Below are positions 25,749 to 38,972 of a stretch of DNA of 64,000 nucleotides, one piece after another. The stretch lies in NCBI RefSeq assembly GCF_009914755.1, contig NC_060928.1, one strand, 5' to 3'. The translations under genes and the position numbers were made by a program. The DNA comes from the human T2T-CHM13v2.0 reference genome, Homo sapiens. The notes under the pieces are model-generated. The model worked only from the letters and a program-made list of their open reading frames with translations, was not told where the DNA came from and searched no databases. Every line of letters starts with the position of its first letter. Positions within the stretch are counted from its first letter, which is position 1.

Positions 25749-26121
25749 TGCCTTAGTCATCTTAGGCTGCCATAACAAAATACCATAGACTCAGTGGCTT
25801 AAACAACAGAAATTTATCATATCACGGTTCTGGAGGTTGGAAGTCTGAGATTAAGTTGCAATAACGGTTGGGTTGTTGTGAGAGCTGACTTCCTTGCTTG
25901 CATGCTGCCACCTTCTCACTGTGTCCTCACATAGCAGAGACAGAGACTGCAAACTCTACCATCTCTTTTCATAAGAGGACTAATCTTGTCATGAGTACCC
26001 CTCCCTCATGACTCCATATAAATCTAATTATCTCCCACAGATTCCATCTCCAAACACCATTACATTGGGGGTTAAGGTTTCAACATACGAATTTTGGGTA
26101 GACATAATTCAGTCTATAGCA
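25749..26121 (-). mobile_element. MLT1A/MLT1A0 solo LTR
   Basis: ggctgccataacaaaataccatagact...ggttctggagg...ttcaacatacgaattttggg...attcagtctatagca. Confidence 0.88.
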
Positions 26122-26442
26122 GAAGTGAATGCTTTTGAAAATGTAATGGTTAAAAGCAAACATGAAGAGTTGTATGCCTGGTTTGGCAAGGCATATAGTA
26201 AACTCGTATCTTAAACTTCACCTACTCATATCTTACATAAAAACAATATCTCAAATCGCTGTGAGATATAGGTTACTGATGATTTATTTAATGCAATTTT
26301 ACCCTGAGTGGATAAATAATATTTACATAAAAAAGCATCAATCACTCAAGTATTCTTTTGCGATTGATTGATTCTTTTGTGATCATATGTAATCTCAAAA
26401 TTGCAAATACCTCATAACACGGAATCAATTTAAATTTCTGCC

Positions 26443-26628
26443 AGGCCCCATTTCTACAAAAAAGAAAAATATTAGCCAGGCGTGGTGCCATACACCTATA
26501 GTCCCAGCTATTTAGGAAGCTAAGGTGGGAGGATCATTTGTGCCCAGGAGTTCAAGACTGCAGTAAGCTATGATCATGCCACTGAACTCCAGGCTGGGTT
26601 ACAGAGTGAGACACTGTCTCTAAACAAA
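26443..26628 (+). mobile_element. 5'-truncated AluJ (right arm)
   Basis: ggtgggaggatcatttgtgcccaggagttcaagactgcagtaagctatgatc (J-type diagnostics). Confidence 0.85.
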
Positions 26629-27239
26629 TTAATACATTAATTTGTTTAATTTTTAACTATCATTAATATCTATTCAAAAATATTGTTCAAATTTTCTTTA
26701 GCATATTCTGCTTGATGTATTCAGAGAATGACCCTTCACAAGGCAATTGTCAAAATCCTAATTGATTGTTATTATAATTATTTTTAAGCTAAGGCAGTTA
26801 GGCAATGTTGTCAATTGCTCAATGTTAATATGTTGACCGCAAAAGCACCTATAAAGTGAATGAGTATTGCATGCAGATTAGTTTAATATCTCAGTGTCTG
26901 AAGAGAAAGACAGTCGCTTAGTTTCTCAAGTGGAATGGGTACTTTTAGATTTTCCAGTTAAAAAAGTTTACTTTAAGACTTCAGGCTGCCTGGTTCCTTG
27001 ACCTTTGTGTTTCTACTTTCTAAAATTGTAGTTATCAGATTTTTTATTTTTTTGGTTCTAGTCTTAGTTGTGAAAAGAATCTGAATTTGAGGTAAGAGGA
27101 CCTTAAGAAGGCTTGGTTACATATTTTGTCTGCTTTGTAGAAAATGGCCCTGTCTGCTACTTGTACACTCAGACTTAATCACTAAGAACATGATCTTCAT
27201 CTGGAAGCACATTACACATAGCAAATCTTGATAGCTCTA

Positions 27240-27430
27240 CTAGATCTGTGATTTATAGCACGCTGTTTAACCTTGCTCTTAGTTTCTTTATATGTGAAAC
27301 AGGGGTAATAATTGAACATGCCATACTGAGTTGTTACAAAGATTAGTTTGATATTTAAAACATCTCTGTACCCAAAAACAAATTGCAGGAAATGGTGGGC
27401 AGAGGATCATGTTGAACGGCATTATAATCA
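27240..27430 (+). mobile_element. MIR fragment
   Basis: cttagtttctttatatgtgaaacaggggtaataat...gagttgttacaaagatta. Confidence 0.6.
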
Positions 27431-27589
27431 TTATAATACCTGGACCACAGTAAAAATTATGTATTTCTTATTAACTAGAGTTTTGCCTTAGTCATATTCT
27501 TACATTCCATGTTGAGTCAGCTTGGTACCTCAGAACATTTGAGGAACGCCTTTCACTTGACCTGAGCAAGCCTAATAAAACTATTGCAA

Positions 27590-29830
27590 AATAATCTAAA
27601 GCACTTTGATTAAGTAATAAAAGACATGAAAACACAAAAATAAGAATGTGAAAAACTCAGAAATAAGATGGCAGAACCAAGAAAGAATTATAAGTGAAAG
27701 ATAAATACTGGAAATTGAAGCTAAAGAATTATAAAAGTAAACAGATACAATACATACAGCTCTAAGATAAATAGAAGACAACAAAAATAAATTTGAAATA
27801 ATTGAAACAAAGAGATAAGGATCTGAGAAAAAGGACATATTGAAGACAGAAAAAGAAGAGCCTTTATATAATTACTAAGAGTCTTGAAATTTAAAAAAAA
27901 ATGAAAAAATAAATTCTAAACAATAATTTTCAAGAATATAAGAAAAAAAAGAAACTAGGAACTCTAAGAGCACACCATGTGTCTGAGAGTATTAAGCCAG
28001 AATAACCATCATCAAATATACCCTAGGACAACTACTGAACTTTAAAAATAAACAGAAACATAATTCTCTCTTTAGGCATCCAGGCAACCAAGGCACATAC
28101 CTTATAGAGAATGAAAGAAAATTGGTAACTATTAGACTTTTAGATAGTACTACTTTAAGTCACAGGAAATTGGACTGCTCAACAAAATACAATGTAAGCC
28201 AAGAATTTTACATCCAGCAATCTAGTGTAAAGGACACAGAAAACAGTTATTGACATGTTTTCTCAGGAAAACATTTTCCAGGAGTCCTTCTTGAAGTATC
28301 TCTGAAAGAATGAGTTCCATTCAACCAAAATACTCGAGTGAGATCAATAAAAATAACTGATAGTATTAAGTATATAGTTATTAGTAGAACAAGATAAAAG
28401 TTAAAAGGAAGAGAATGCAGAGATGGTTACATTCTTTGACAATGTAAATATAGTACCACCATTAATGAATGAATGGGTGAGAATGGGAATAGAATATACA
28501 CAGAACTCTTTCTGTGTTTAGTAATTATAATTGATTGTGGTAGTGTAAGTATTGTGATCCTGAAACTGATGTGTGTGTACTGTGGGTTAAAGCAAATGAG
28601 TGATTAGAAGATATTCTAATTCTTTCATTCCTTGTATTCATGAGAATGGGGGTTCTTATGGAAGAAAGAGACAAAATGTAACATAAGATTATGTTTAAAA
28701 TATGATAGATTTGAATTTGAATTAGAAAAGTCAGTGTGAATTTATATGGTAATTTATCATTAAAAATGTGTAGTGTATATTTTCTAGTTCTGCCCACTGG
28801 AAAGCCCTAGAAACAATATACAACGTAGCAGCAATGAAATTGCTAAGCCTAAATTGTGATCTTGAGATGAACATTTCTCACTAAAAGAAATGAAGCTTTC
28901 CTGTGGAAATAGCAATTTCAGGTCTGAGGTAAGAAATATGCAAAATTAGCGTGGAATTTCTTATCACATTGGAAAGGAAGAAAGCTAATAATTATTACCA
29001 GAATCAAGTCAAAAGGACTCAGCAACCTACTTTAAGAATCTCCCAGTCGCCAGTGATGGGGGAATTTTATCTTCAATGGGGTTTAGAATTATAATGGCTT
29101 GAAACCCATCAAATGTGTTTAAATCTGTGAATGCATAATCACATGAAAAAAAAAAACTAGTCAACTTGGGAGGTTGGTGATCAATATGTTGATACTTTTT
29201 TTAAATAGAGAATCAAGCAGGTATATTGGTCTTCATATATTAACTGTACTATTTAGTAAACAGAGTGAGAAAAAACATCTTGTTATAAGTGTATTCCAGC
29301 TAATCAATAATAATAAAAGATAGACTATTACCATTTTGCAGCCCCCAATGAGTTAATGGGTCTATGCATTGAACATCAACTGTTGCTAGCATTTGCCTCT
29401 TGATAGAAAAACTCAGTTCTACCAATCCTCCTGCCAAAGGCATCAAATCGGTCAATTCAAGACTCTGAATCATAATAAGGCAAACAACAACAACAACAAA
29501 CAAAAAACCAACACTTGAGAGCATCAACAGGTTAGACAGCACTCAATTCTTCAAAATATAAGTTGAGAGGAAACACAAATTAAAAGAGAGAGACATAAAA
29601 GCCATGACTTTTAAATAAGCCAGATCATATCATATTGTTCAATGTTACACATTTGCATAATAAAACCATAAAGGGACACATGAGAAGTATGTATGCAAAA
29701 ATCAGGATAATGATTGCTTTTGCAACAAAAAAGAGAAGGATGATAGAAAAGGGAAAGTGTCCGGCAAAGTTCTATTTCTTGACTCAAGTGGTGATTAAAA
29801 TGGTGTTCATCATATAATAATTTACTAAGT
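27590..29830 (+). mobile_element. HAL1-like / old L1M remnant: ORF1-like region followed by L1MC-type 3' UTR
   Basis: Degenerate ORF1p motifs RAHHV (27967), LLNFKNKQK, PRILHPA (28199); from ~28780 ctagttctgcccactggaaagccctagaaacaat resembles L1MC-type 3' UTR. Confidence 0.55.
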
Positions 29831-30103
29831 TATTTATACATATGGATAAAAGACATTAAAAATGAAATAAGTCTTAAATAAGGCATGTGGAGAAATACCT
29901 ATTCATTAGGTGATAGACAAAAGAAAGGATAAAAGAAAAGACACTTTGTCAAACATGATTTCAGAGTAAATTCTTCTAAATGTACATTTTAATATTTTTC
30001 TTTCTATATAATTATGCCATAGAAAACCTTTATAGTTCAATTGAAACAGAATCTGCTTTTAAAATATATATGTATATATATTTGTTATTACAAATATATA
30101 TAA

Positions 30104-30240
30104 ACTTTACTTGTTTTTACAAATATATATATTTGTAAATACATATAAATATTTGTAAAATATATAAATATTTTACATATTTTATATTTTATAAAAATAT
30201 TTATATTTTACAAATATATATTTGTAGAAACAAGTAAAGT
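30104..30240. repeat. AT-rich quasi-palindrome
   Basis: Arms actttacttgtttttacaaatatat / atatatttgtagaaacaagtaaagt are reverse complements with one mismatch. Confidence 0.9.
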
Positions 30241-30309
30241 AGATTGCAGTTTGCAAACACTGGAAGAAAATAACAAAATTTCAGCTAATTTAACTTACTA
30301 CTACAAAAT

Positions 30310-30312
30310 CAC

Positions 30313-30345
<33 letters not shown>
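30310..30345. repeat. (CA)n microsatellite, interrupted
   Basis: Directly visible. Confidence 0.95.
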
Positions 30346-30525
30346 AAGGACATTTGAGCTATGATAATAGTAATGCATTGTATGCTTTTTATTACTTTTA
30401 GAAAAATTAAAAAATAATGTAACTGACTATGAAAAGGTTAGCAATGTATTTTTTGTATACTAGAAAATTGTCTACTAGAAATGTGAAGGACAAGAAAGTT
30501 TATTTTTAAATTATAGGGGCTGATA

Positions 30526-30840
30526 TAGTAGTTCCCCTTTATATACAGTTTCCCTTTCAGTGGTTTCAGTAACCTACAGTACATACAATAAAGCATTTGA
30601 AGGAAAAATAGAGAGATCATATTCCCATAACTTTTAGACAGTATATTGTCATAATTGCTTTATTTTATTATGAGTTTTTGTTGCTAACCTCTCACTGTGC
30701 CTAATGTATAGATTAAATTTTATCATAGGTATAAATGTATAGGAAAATACGTAGTATATATAGGGTCCTGTACTATCCAGTTGCAGGCATCCACTGGTGT
30801 TCTTGGAACATATCCCCCCGTGGAAAAAGAGGGATTAAAG
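30526..30840. mobile_element. MER44A-like TcMar-Tigger MITE
   Basis: Degenerate terminal inverted repeats tagtagttcccctttat / tggaaaaagagggattaaag flanked by TA; caggcatccactgg...cttggaacatatcccccc. Confidence 0.8.
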
Positions 30841-31084
30841 TAAATTGGTATGGTTCCATAAAACTATTAGGAAGCAATATCATAGTGGAGAAGCAATATC
30901 ATAGCAATATCATATGACTTTTTATGTGAATGTTCCTGCAATTAATAAATTGCAGTTAGACATGTGAAGAGCAAGATTTTCATACTGAGCAAAATATTTA
31001 CACACAAGCTTAAATTAAATGGCATTGATTTGGAAAATAAATGGAAAGAGTATAGCATTCAGAGTCTGATGAAGATTACTGTCT

Positions 31085-31585
31085 ACCCCCCAAAAATTGC
31101 ACTCTGCCTTCTATCATGTGGGGTTACTTCTTGAGGTGGCTGCCCAGTCACAACTTTTCTATATCCCTCCCCACAATGGAACCAGGTGTAGCCATGTAAT
31201 TCATTTCATTAATGGAAATGAATTAATTTTAAAGGTGGTTAAAAGAATCATAGCTCACTTTCTAGTAAGAAGTTTTAAAAAGTACATCCAACTTGTCCAT
31301 TTGTCTTTTTTATTCTATCACTGAATGGAGAGAATTCTAAGGCCCTAAGAGGGTATCAGGCAGAGTCATACAACAAAAAGAGTCAGGTTTCTGAATCACA
31401 AAGTGCACAAAAGCTACCTCCCAATAGGAAATCTGTATAAGATTTTCAATGAAAGAGAGATAAAATTACATTATATCACCAGTGAAAATCTATATAAGAT
31501 TTTAAATGAAAGAGAAATGAAATTACATTGTATCAAACCACTGATTTTGTTAATGACAAGAACTAGGGTTATCCTTATTCATACA
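31085..31585 (+). mobile_element. MLT1J-like LTR with internal 57-bp tandem duplication
   Basis: ggtgtagccatgtaa...aatggaaatg; gagtcaggtttctgaatcac; duplicated copies at 31429 and 31486. Confidence 0.6.
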
Positions 31586-33559
31586 AAGTCTGACAGATCT
31601 CAGTAAACAATTGGTTAATATATTTGGACATTTACTTAACATTTCTAAAAAGCATATTTTCATTTATTCAATGAAATACTTTGTAAACTACTTTTACAAA
31701 CCACCTTCTTGGTAAAATAGTATGAAAATTAGAGATACACATTAAGCATCATTACATTTCTTGGTATTTCAGAGGTCCTCCGTAAATGACAAGATTATTA
31801 ACATTAACATTATTTTATAATGCAAATCAACTTTCCCATTTCTACCTTTTTTTATTTTGGGGCAAACTTTTTATCAAATACAATTTTTATATTATAAGAT
31901 TTTACAAAGAAGTAGTACTTTTGTAAGAGAAGACATTGGGTTTAGCCATGTGCATGCTTCACCTACTTTAAGAAATAGCAAATTAAAAGACATGGCTTTA
32001 TATTGTTCTTTCATATCTCTTAAAGTGCCTAACACAAAGCCTGACACATATTAGCCATGGAAACATAAGAGGAGGTTTACATTAGGGATAGTTTCATGAA
32101 AGTCATCACCTAACACAGCCATGAAAAAATATTGAGTTAAAGTTCCCCATAATACTATTAATATTTGCAAAACCTCTTGTACCTTCTGTCACTATGAATC
32201 CCAAATGACTTAATTTACAAGTAATTATTCTGAAGAAGTTTTCTGCTGTTATGTTATTTTATGAACAATTTCCAATTATTTTTTTTTACTCAGCTAGAAA
32301 AAAAGATAAAATTCAAATTAAGAATACAGCATTTTCATCTCTGAATAGAACCATTTTGACCTTGTTTGACATAGACATCTTTCTATTGTAAATCTATAAC
32401 AGTTTGGTACCACAGATCTCCCTAGACATTGCTAATCCTCAGAGCACTTTATCACCAATGTATACATGTATAATAGAGAATTTAAGAAGTCATATGCTCC
32501 TACATTTGCATTTTTTTCCTCTGATAAACAATCACTTTACTTCAAAGGTGATTGTCCTTCACTTCTTACCAAAAAAGCTCATTGTATAACAGAGATTCCC
32601 TGACTTTACAATTCCAGAGCTCATTTATTAATGTGATGAGTCATATTAGGTATAAATTGAGGAGATTAACAGATAAGATAAGGAGAAAGGAAAGAGATCA
32701 TTATGTTACTAGACTTTAAAAAGTATCATATACCTCTAGTGCTGTGAGACATTTTGTAGTTCTTATAAGGGTTTTTAAAATGAACTCTCTTGAAAGGAAA
32801 TTATTCAAAGCCTTTGAACAATGTTAGCATGATTTAAAGTACACTTTTGAAAAATCTTTGATTTATCGGTAAAATATTTAGAACATTATAATGTATTATA
32901 TTATTTCAATTATATTTTGTATACAACCCTGAAATCTTTAAATGACTGATATTAATTTGGGTTCAAAAAGCTTTGAGAGTTGAGTTGCAATGTTTCCATT
33001 TTTAATTGTTCAGTAAAATAAACATGGAACCAGAAAAATAAATAAGCATATTAACAAAAATAGGGGAGGCCCATCACAAGAATCTGTTGGAAATGACCAG
33101 AATTTAAAGCCCACTGATGAGGGATTGAAATGTAGTGTCAGAACATACTTATGTTTTAACTTTCAAATGCAAAGCATAATTATGTAAGAAAATAGCAATG
33201 GGTTTACTGGAGGCAACCTGGCTATTATCCATATAAGACGTGGAGTATATTCTCCTCACTAGTGAGGCTACAGGGGAGTCTCTGGGAACCTCAATGATAT
33301 TTGTTGTCAAAAGGCTGAGATGGATGATTGTAGATGCTCCATGGGATAGGGCTGCCTAGTTTCATTTTGGATATTAGTAATCAGGAATTGTACAGGCCAG
33401 CAGGCAATGCCTTTAATTCAGAGGCAGCAAGGCCAGAGAACAAAGCATGCTGCCCTAACCTTCAGGGATCTCTAGAAATGACATTGTTCTATGGGAAAAT
33501 ATACATAGTAAGATGACTGTAGTATTTATTGGCTGTAAAAGAATACTGATTATTAATAA

Positions 33560-33960
33560 TGACAAGAGAAATGTGCAATAAGATCACATCAAACTGAAGT
33601 TGAAAATCTAATTCATTCTATTAGTTTCTGGTATTAAATTAATCGTAGGATAAGAGACCAATAGAATTTTGATAGAGAAGGCAGCATAATCATAAATTTT
33701 TAAAGAAATATTTTTTGAAGTGTGAGACATTAGAACATCATTGGATAATAAATAAGATTAATCTGAGAGATGGATAAATTGACTATGCAGAGAAGGGAGG
33801 CTACAATTTTAGAAAGTAGTTTCTGATAAGATGAGACGGACATTAGAATTCAGAAAATGGCATATTTGAACCAAGAGGAATTGGTTGTTAGGAACCACTG
33901 GATGCCTGCCAAAGGTGAAGAAGCCACTCTATAAATGAGGCAAAGTCTTACTTTCATATG
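33560..33960 (-). mobile_element. L2 fragment (very diverged)
   Basis: Purine-rich L2-like text (gataagatgagac...ggtgaagaagccactc). Confidence 0.4.
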
Positions 33961-34659
33961 GTGAGATAATTGAGTTATTTTTATATGCAATGATTTTTAC
34001 CTAACTGCATCATGTAGGTACTTTTTGTACTTAAATTTAGGATTATAATTGGTACTAACTGAAATTCCTGTGGAAATAAATAAAGCAGAAAGATGCATGC
34101 ACTGAAGGAAGAGATAGAGGCAGCACAATTTTGGAAGGAAAATAAAATATTGCTTATAGGTATTTCTTTGAAAGTGTTGGAAGTGAATTATTCAAGCCAG
34201 AGTTCATTCAATCTTCAGGTCACCATCTCTGCCAGCATTCTAGAGAAGCTAATGGTAAGCATGGCTATTAAATGTAAAACTCAAATAAGATAAAATTTGG
34301 AAATTCCACCAAAAAAGCATACTGAGCTTGATACAGAGAATTAGAAGTTTAAGGAAGAACTTTGAGAGCTCCAGAGCCACACACTAAACTTTTTAAAGAA
34401 AAATTTTCAATAATATAGGGTAAATAATCATAATTAAATAAAAATATTTTTTGCAGTGTTAGTTATAACTCTTAAGACATACTAGATTATGGTTAGCAGA
34501 TCCTTTAAGGTATATAAAGAATTATTTCCACGATTTAATAGTTTATTACCTAATCTTCAAAGGTTATTAGAAACAATAACTATGAAAGGAGTAATTTTTT
34601 CAAGAAGTTTTGAGGCAAATTAATTGCTTTCCCATATACAAAATTCTGTTTTGAAAATT

Positions 34660-35550
34660 TAATGCAAAAGTCTTGTTCCAGAGCATAAAAAGAACATTTT
34701 AGCAAGTTAATAGTAAGACAACACAATTCTCAAAACTGGGCCAAAGATTTGAACAGACATTTCACCAATGTGTGAATGCCTAATTAGGGAAACACAAACT
34801 GAAACCACAATGAGATGCTAGTGTTTAAACAATCATCATCATCATCATCATCCAAAGATATTCAATATTAAGCACTGGCAAGAATATAGAGAAACTGAAA
34901 CCTTCATACATTGCTGCTGAGGATGTCAAATTATTTTGCCACCTTGAAAATCATCTTGTTTGTTTCCTAAGATGTGAAAAATAAATTTAGCATATAATAC
35001 AGCAGTTCCATTCATGAGTATCTACCTGATGAAATGAAAATAAGTCTACACAAATACTTGCAAATAAATATTCTTAGTACTATTATTCATAGTAGCACCA
35101 AACTGGAAAGAATAAAAATTTCTATCAATTTGTGAATTGATAAACAGTGTGCCATCCATACAAGGGAACACTGTTTGGCAGTAGAAAAGAATAAATTACT
35201 AATTCATGCTACATGGATGAAGCTCAAGTAGCCAGGTATGATATGCTTTATATTATATGATTGTATGTTTTTAAAATGACCAGAAAAGGCAAATCTATTG
35301 AGTCAGAACTCAGATCAGTGGCTGCCTAGGGCTGGGGTTGGGAGCAGAGATTATCTGCAAATTAGCAAAAAATAAAATGTAAAATAAAATAAAATTAGTC
35401 TAAATTCTTTAAAGAATTATGGAAATATTTTAAAACTGAGTTGCAATGATGGTTGCACAATTATGAATTTATTAAAATTGTTAAAATGTATACTTATAAT
35501 AGATGATGAAATTTATTATAAGTAAATTAGAGCTCAATAAACCTTTAAAA
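34660..35550 (+). mobile_element. L1MB8/L1ME1-like 3' end, containing a (CAT)n run at 34833-34852
   Basis: gggccaaagatttgaacagacatttcacca; ccagaaaaggcaaatctat...agatcagtggctgcctagggctgggg; ctcaataaa. Confidence 0.8.
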
Positions 35551-36509
35551 TCAACAAACAGTAAGGGGTAGGGAATGCTGAAAGCTAATATGGAAAATTA
35601 AGTTCTACAATCATTTTGTAAACTGCAATATAAAAGACAGAACTCATGTTAAAATCAATCTATAAAACTATATTATGTAAACACAGAATATAGAACAAAT
35701 CTTTTTTATACCTAGGATTGAGATTTATATTTTGGAATTTTTGAAAATTCTTCCCTAACCTGCCATTTTCCCTCAATCAAAATATGTATGACACAAATGG
35801 TTGCAAGTTATAAAGGACCAAATTATTTTCACCTTTTTTGAGATAAGGCAAACAAACAAAATATGATCCCTAACCTCAATATAAACATACCTAACAACTT
35901 TTACATCTGAATTTTAGTCATTTATTTATTTATTTATAAAAAAAGAGATCTTGATTTTACAGATATTTGTGTGAACTTCCCATTGAGGGGTTTTAAAAAA
36001 GACATTATTAAATAGGGCATGGATCCTAACTAAAAGAGGGAGTTCAACTTCATATGCCTTAAAAACTGCCTAGATTAAAGAGTATTTCAAGCTAATTTTC
36101 ATATAAATTTGCTATATGATGTATATGACCTTAGCATTGAGTTTGGAAGAAAACACAACAGTGCTACAAAATCTCTTAGGTAGAAATTTCCTACATAGTG
36201 ACAGGGTTTGCTTGGAAATCATCTGTACCAAGACTATATATATATATATATGTATAAAATTAAATTTTGTATACATATATATAGATAGATGCAAGACTAG
36301 ATGGGATCTCAAAACATGAAAAATAGACTCTCTGTTTCCCTTGATAATGATAAAATCATCTATTATAGATGAATATTTCTTAAACCTGACAAATGGCTGT
36401 TAAATTGGGAAAGGATTACCAGTGATTCTTTAGGGTGAAGAGAAATTAACTACATATATACACTTTTGAAAATTTTATCTTAATGCAATAAATTTCACAT
36501 TCCTTACTT

Positions 36510-36890
36510 AATATTGGAAAAGGAGAAGTAAACTTATCTCTACTTGTAGATAACATTATCTTGTTCATAGAAAATCCTAAGGAATCTATAAGAAAAAGCT
36601 ATTAGAAGTAATAAACAAGTAAGTAATACCATATAAGATTTATATAAAAATATCAATTGTATTGTTGTACACTAGCATTGGACATTCTGAAAATAAAGTT
36701 TCTTTTAAATTTCATTTGTAATAGTATTAAGCAAAATAAAATTTCATTTTTAATAGTATTAAGCAAAATATTTAAAATATAACAAAAATACAAGAATTAC
36801 AGACTAAAAAACAATAAAAATATTTTTTAAAGAAATTATGTTGATAAAAAACTTAAATAAATGGAAGAATTGTGTTCATGAATTGGGTAA
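36510..36890 (+). mobile_element. Old L1 ORF2 (RT region) fragment
   Basis: ggaaaaggagaagtaaacttatctctacttgtagataacattatc reads GKGEVNLSLLVDNII, a decayed VKLSLFADDMI; followed by gaaaatcctaagg. Confidence 0.75.
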
Positions 36891-36949
36891 CTTTTAAACA
36901 AACTTCCTGGTTTGTAGTGTATATATTTGTATCTACTTTAGCTAAACTT

Positions 36950-38970
36950 GGGAAGAAAAGAAATAATGGGATGCTGAGTATGAGAACCTATTGGACCTAT
37001 TTTTAAGAGATTTCAGTCCCAATATTATTTATTATCTACTGTTATCTGTGGGTTGATGATGCCATCACAGGTCTTCTATGGTTAGGGTCAGCTCAGGTTC
37101 CATATTCAACAGTCCTGGAAAGGTCTGAGTACTCTCTGTCCAATATGCAGTTACTTAGGTAAATGCCTAGAAGTCATTCAGAGGAAGGCATCGGGACTCA
37201 TGTCTGTTGTGCTCACCTGTGGTAGGATTGGAGGGGCTTCCACAAGAAAATTACGTTCTTTTTCAATCTATGTGCTCTCAGTTTGAAAACTGATTTTATT
37301 CCAGGAACTGAGTTACAATTTTCTATTATGGTGTTTATATCAACCTTCTGCTCACAAGCTGTTGATGTTTTTTGGCTACACAAGTCAATCAACAGCCTAA
37401 TCTGCTGTCTGTCTCACCTCTAGTAAAACAAGCATCTCAGCAGATCTCTCTGAGTCAAAGCACCTACCTGATTGCCGCTATTGCTGAACATTGTATCATT
37501 TACATTCACCTTTTTTTTGACAGTTAATCGCTCCCACTTGGCCTCTGCTGTTCTGGAAACTTATCTGTCTCATTGATATTAGAAAGCCCAGTTTCTTGGC
37601 AGCTTCTCCTAAAATAAACCAACAACCACCACAGAACTTAATCAAGAATGCAGTACACTCTTTACTGCCATAATGCACAAGTCAGCAAACTTTCTGTAAA
37701 GAGACACTTAGTAAATATTTTAGGGTTTCTAGGCCATGGACAGTCAAGTATTTTCCTTTGCTCGCTTTTACAACCCTTTAAAAACTCAAAAATTATTTTT
37801 AGCTCACAGACACACAAAAACAGGTCACTCTGTAGATTTGGCTCCTGGACATAGTCTGTGACCTCTGCCTTAATGAGATGAGTGTGTCCTTGAGAGAATA
37901 CACCAGGGGATGGATTTTCTGGTCAACATTCAAACCACCTATAGCCTTCTGATTTCTTCCTCAATACTCTGCCAAGTAAGTTCTAGCATTCCACTTCATT
38001 TACACAGGCATTATTGATTGCAAGTTTTAAGAAGCCATCACAGCAATATATTAGTATTAGATTCTAAATGATGATAGATCCATGCAAATAAACTCTCCTT
38101 ATGTTAACGCTACACCCTGTGTCCAACACCATTAAGGTAGACCCTCACCTGTGACTGCCTGGTTTCTGCTGATATATATTACCCAAGTCTTTCAATCATT
38201 TTATTTCATAAGCAAGATAATTCCTTGGGTCAGTGATAGTATTTATTTTCTTAGGCTAAATTGACCCTTCTATTGATCTGTCACAAACAAACGGGGGCAG
38301 ACTATGGAAGAGTTATTAGTCAATAGTTCACTAAGGTGAAACTAATGTCCTCCAGGAAAGAGACCTGTGGCCTAAGCATTGAGGGTAATTTGAGTTTTCA
38401 AGGTTATCAGCACATCCAGCCAAATATTTTCATCCTGTATCTCAGTGGACTACTCCTCCCTTTAGTACCCTGATGTTTGCATAGGAGAATGTACATTCAA
38501 TTTCCTTTGTGGGTCCACCCCATTTACAATTAAATCCTTGGCCTGATTTTCTGCACAGTCTGCCCTCCAGAATCAGAAGACAGTGATTTCTTTAAATGCT
38601 TCCATGGAGTTTTTGTGACATTTACAGCATTCTCTGATTTAATAGTTGGATGACCTGAGTCTATACTTTCCTTACTTTAAGACTTCCAAGTTATTTAACA
38701 AAAAGCCAGCTATCTTCATAATCTTTACAATTTTAATTATTAAAATAATTTCTAGGACTACTGAGAAGGCCAGTGCTTTTGCTTTAACTTGTATTTCACA
38801 TCAGGTCATTTCAGATTATTGTTTTAATTAGTGTGATGATGTAACCTGCTGGGGATTATTGTTACTACACTTAGAACTAACAATGGAGTCTTTCTTACTT
38901 TTGGGGTACAGAAGTGATCCTTCAATAATACCATCCTGAGGTTCTGCTTCCTAGGGCCACTTCCAGTACC
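36950..38970 (-). mobile_element. ERVL internal remnant (ERV3-16A3-like)
   Basis: Ends in ccatcctgaggttctgcttcctagggccacttccagtacc, the reverse complement of an ERVL primer-binding-site/leader, abutting an LTR16-like LTR. Left boundary uncertain. Confidence 0.5.
37676..37867. mobile_element. MER58B/C-like hAT transposon
   Basis: gtcagcaaactttctgtaaag...acaaccctttaaaaa...gatttggc; 8-bp TSD ccataatg/ccttaatg. Confidence 0.8.
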
Positions 38971-38972
38971 TA

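Noticed and set aside
30871-30914. Three short copies of agcaatatcata
   Set aside because: A local slippage duplication; too short and irregular for an array.
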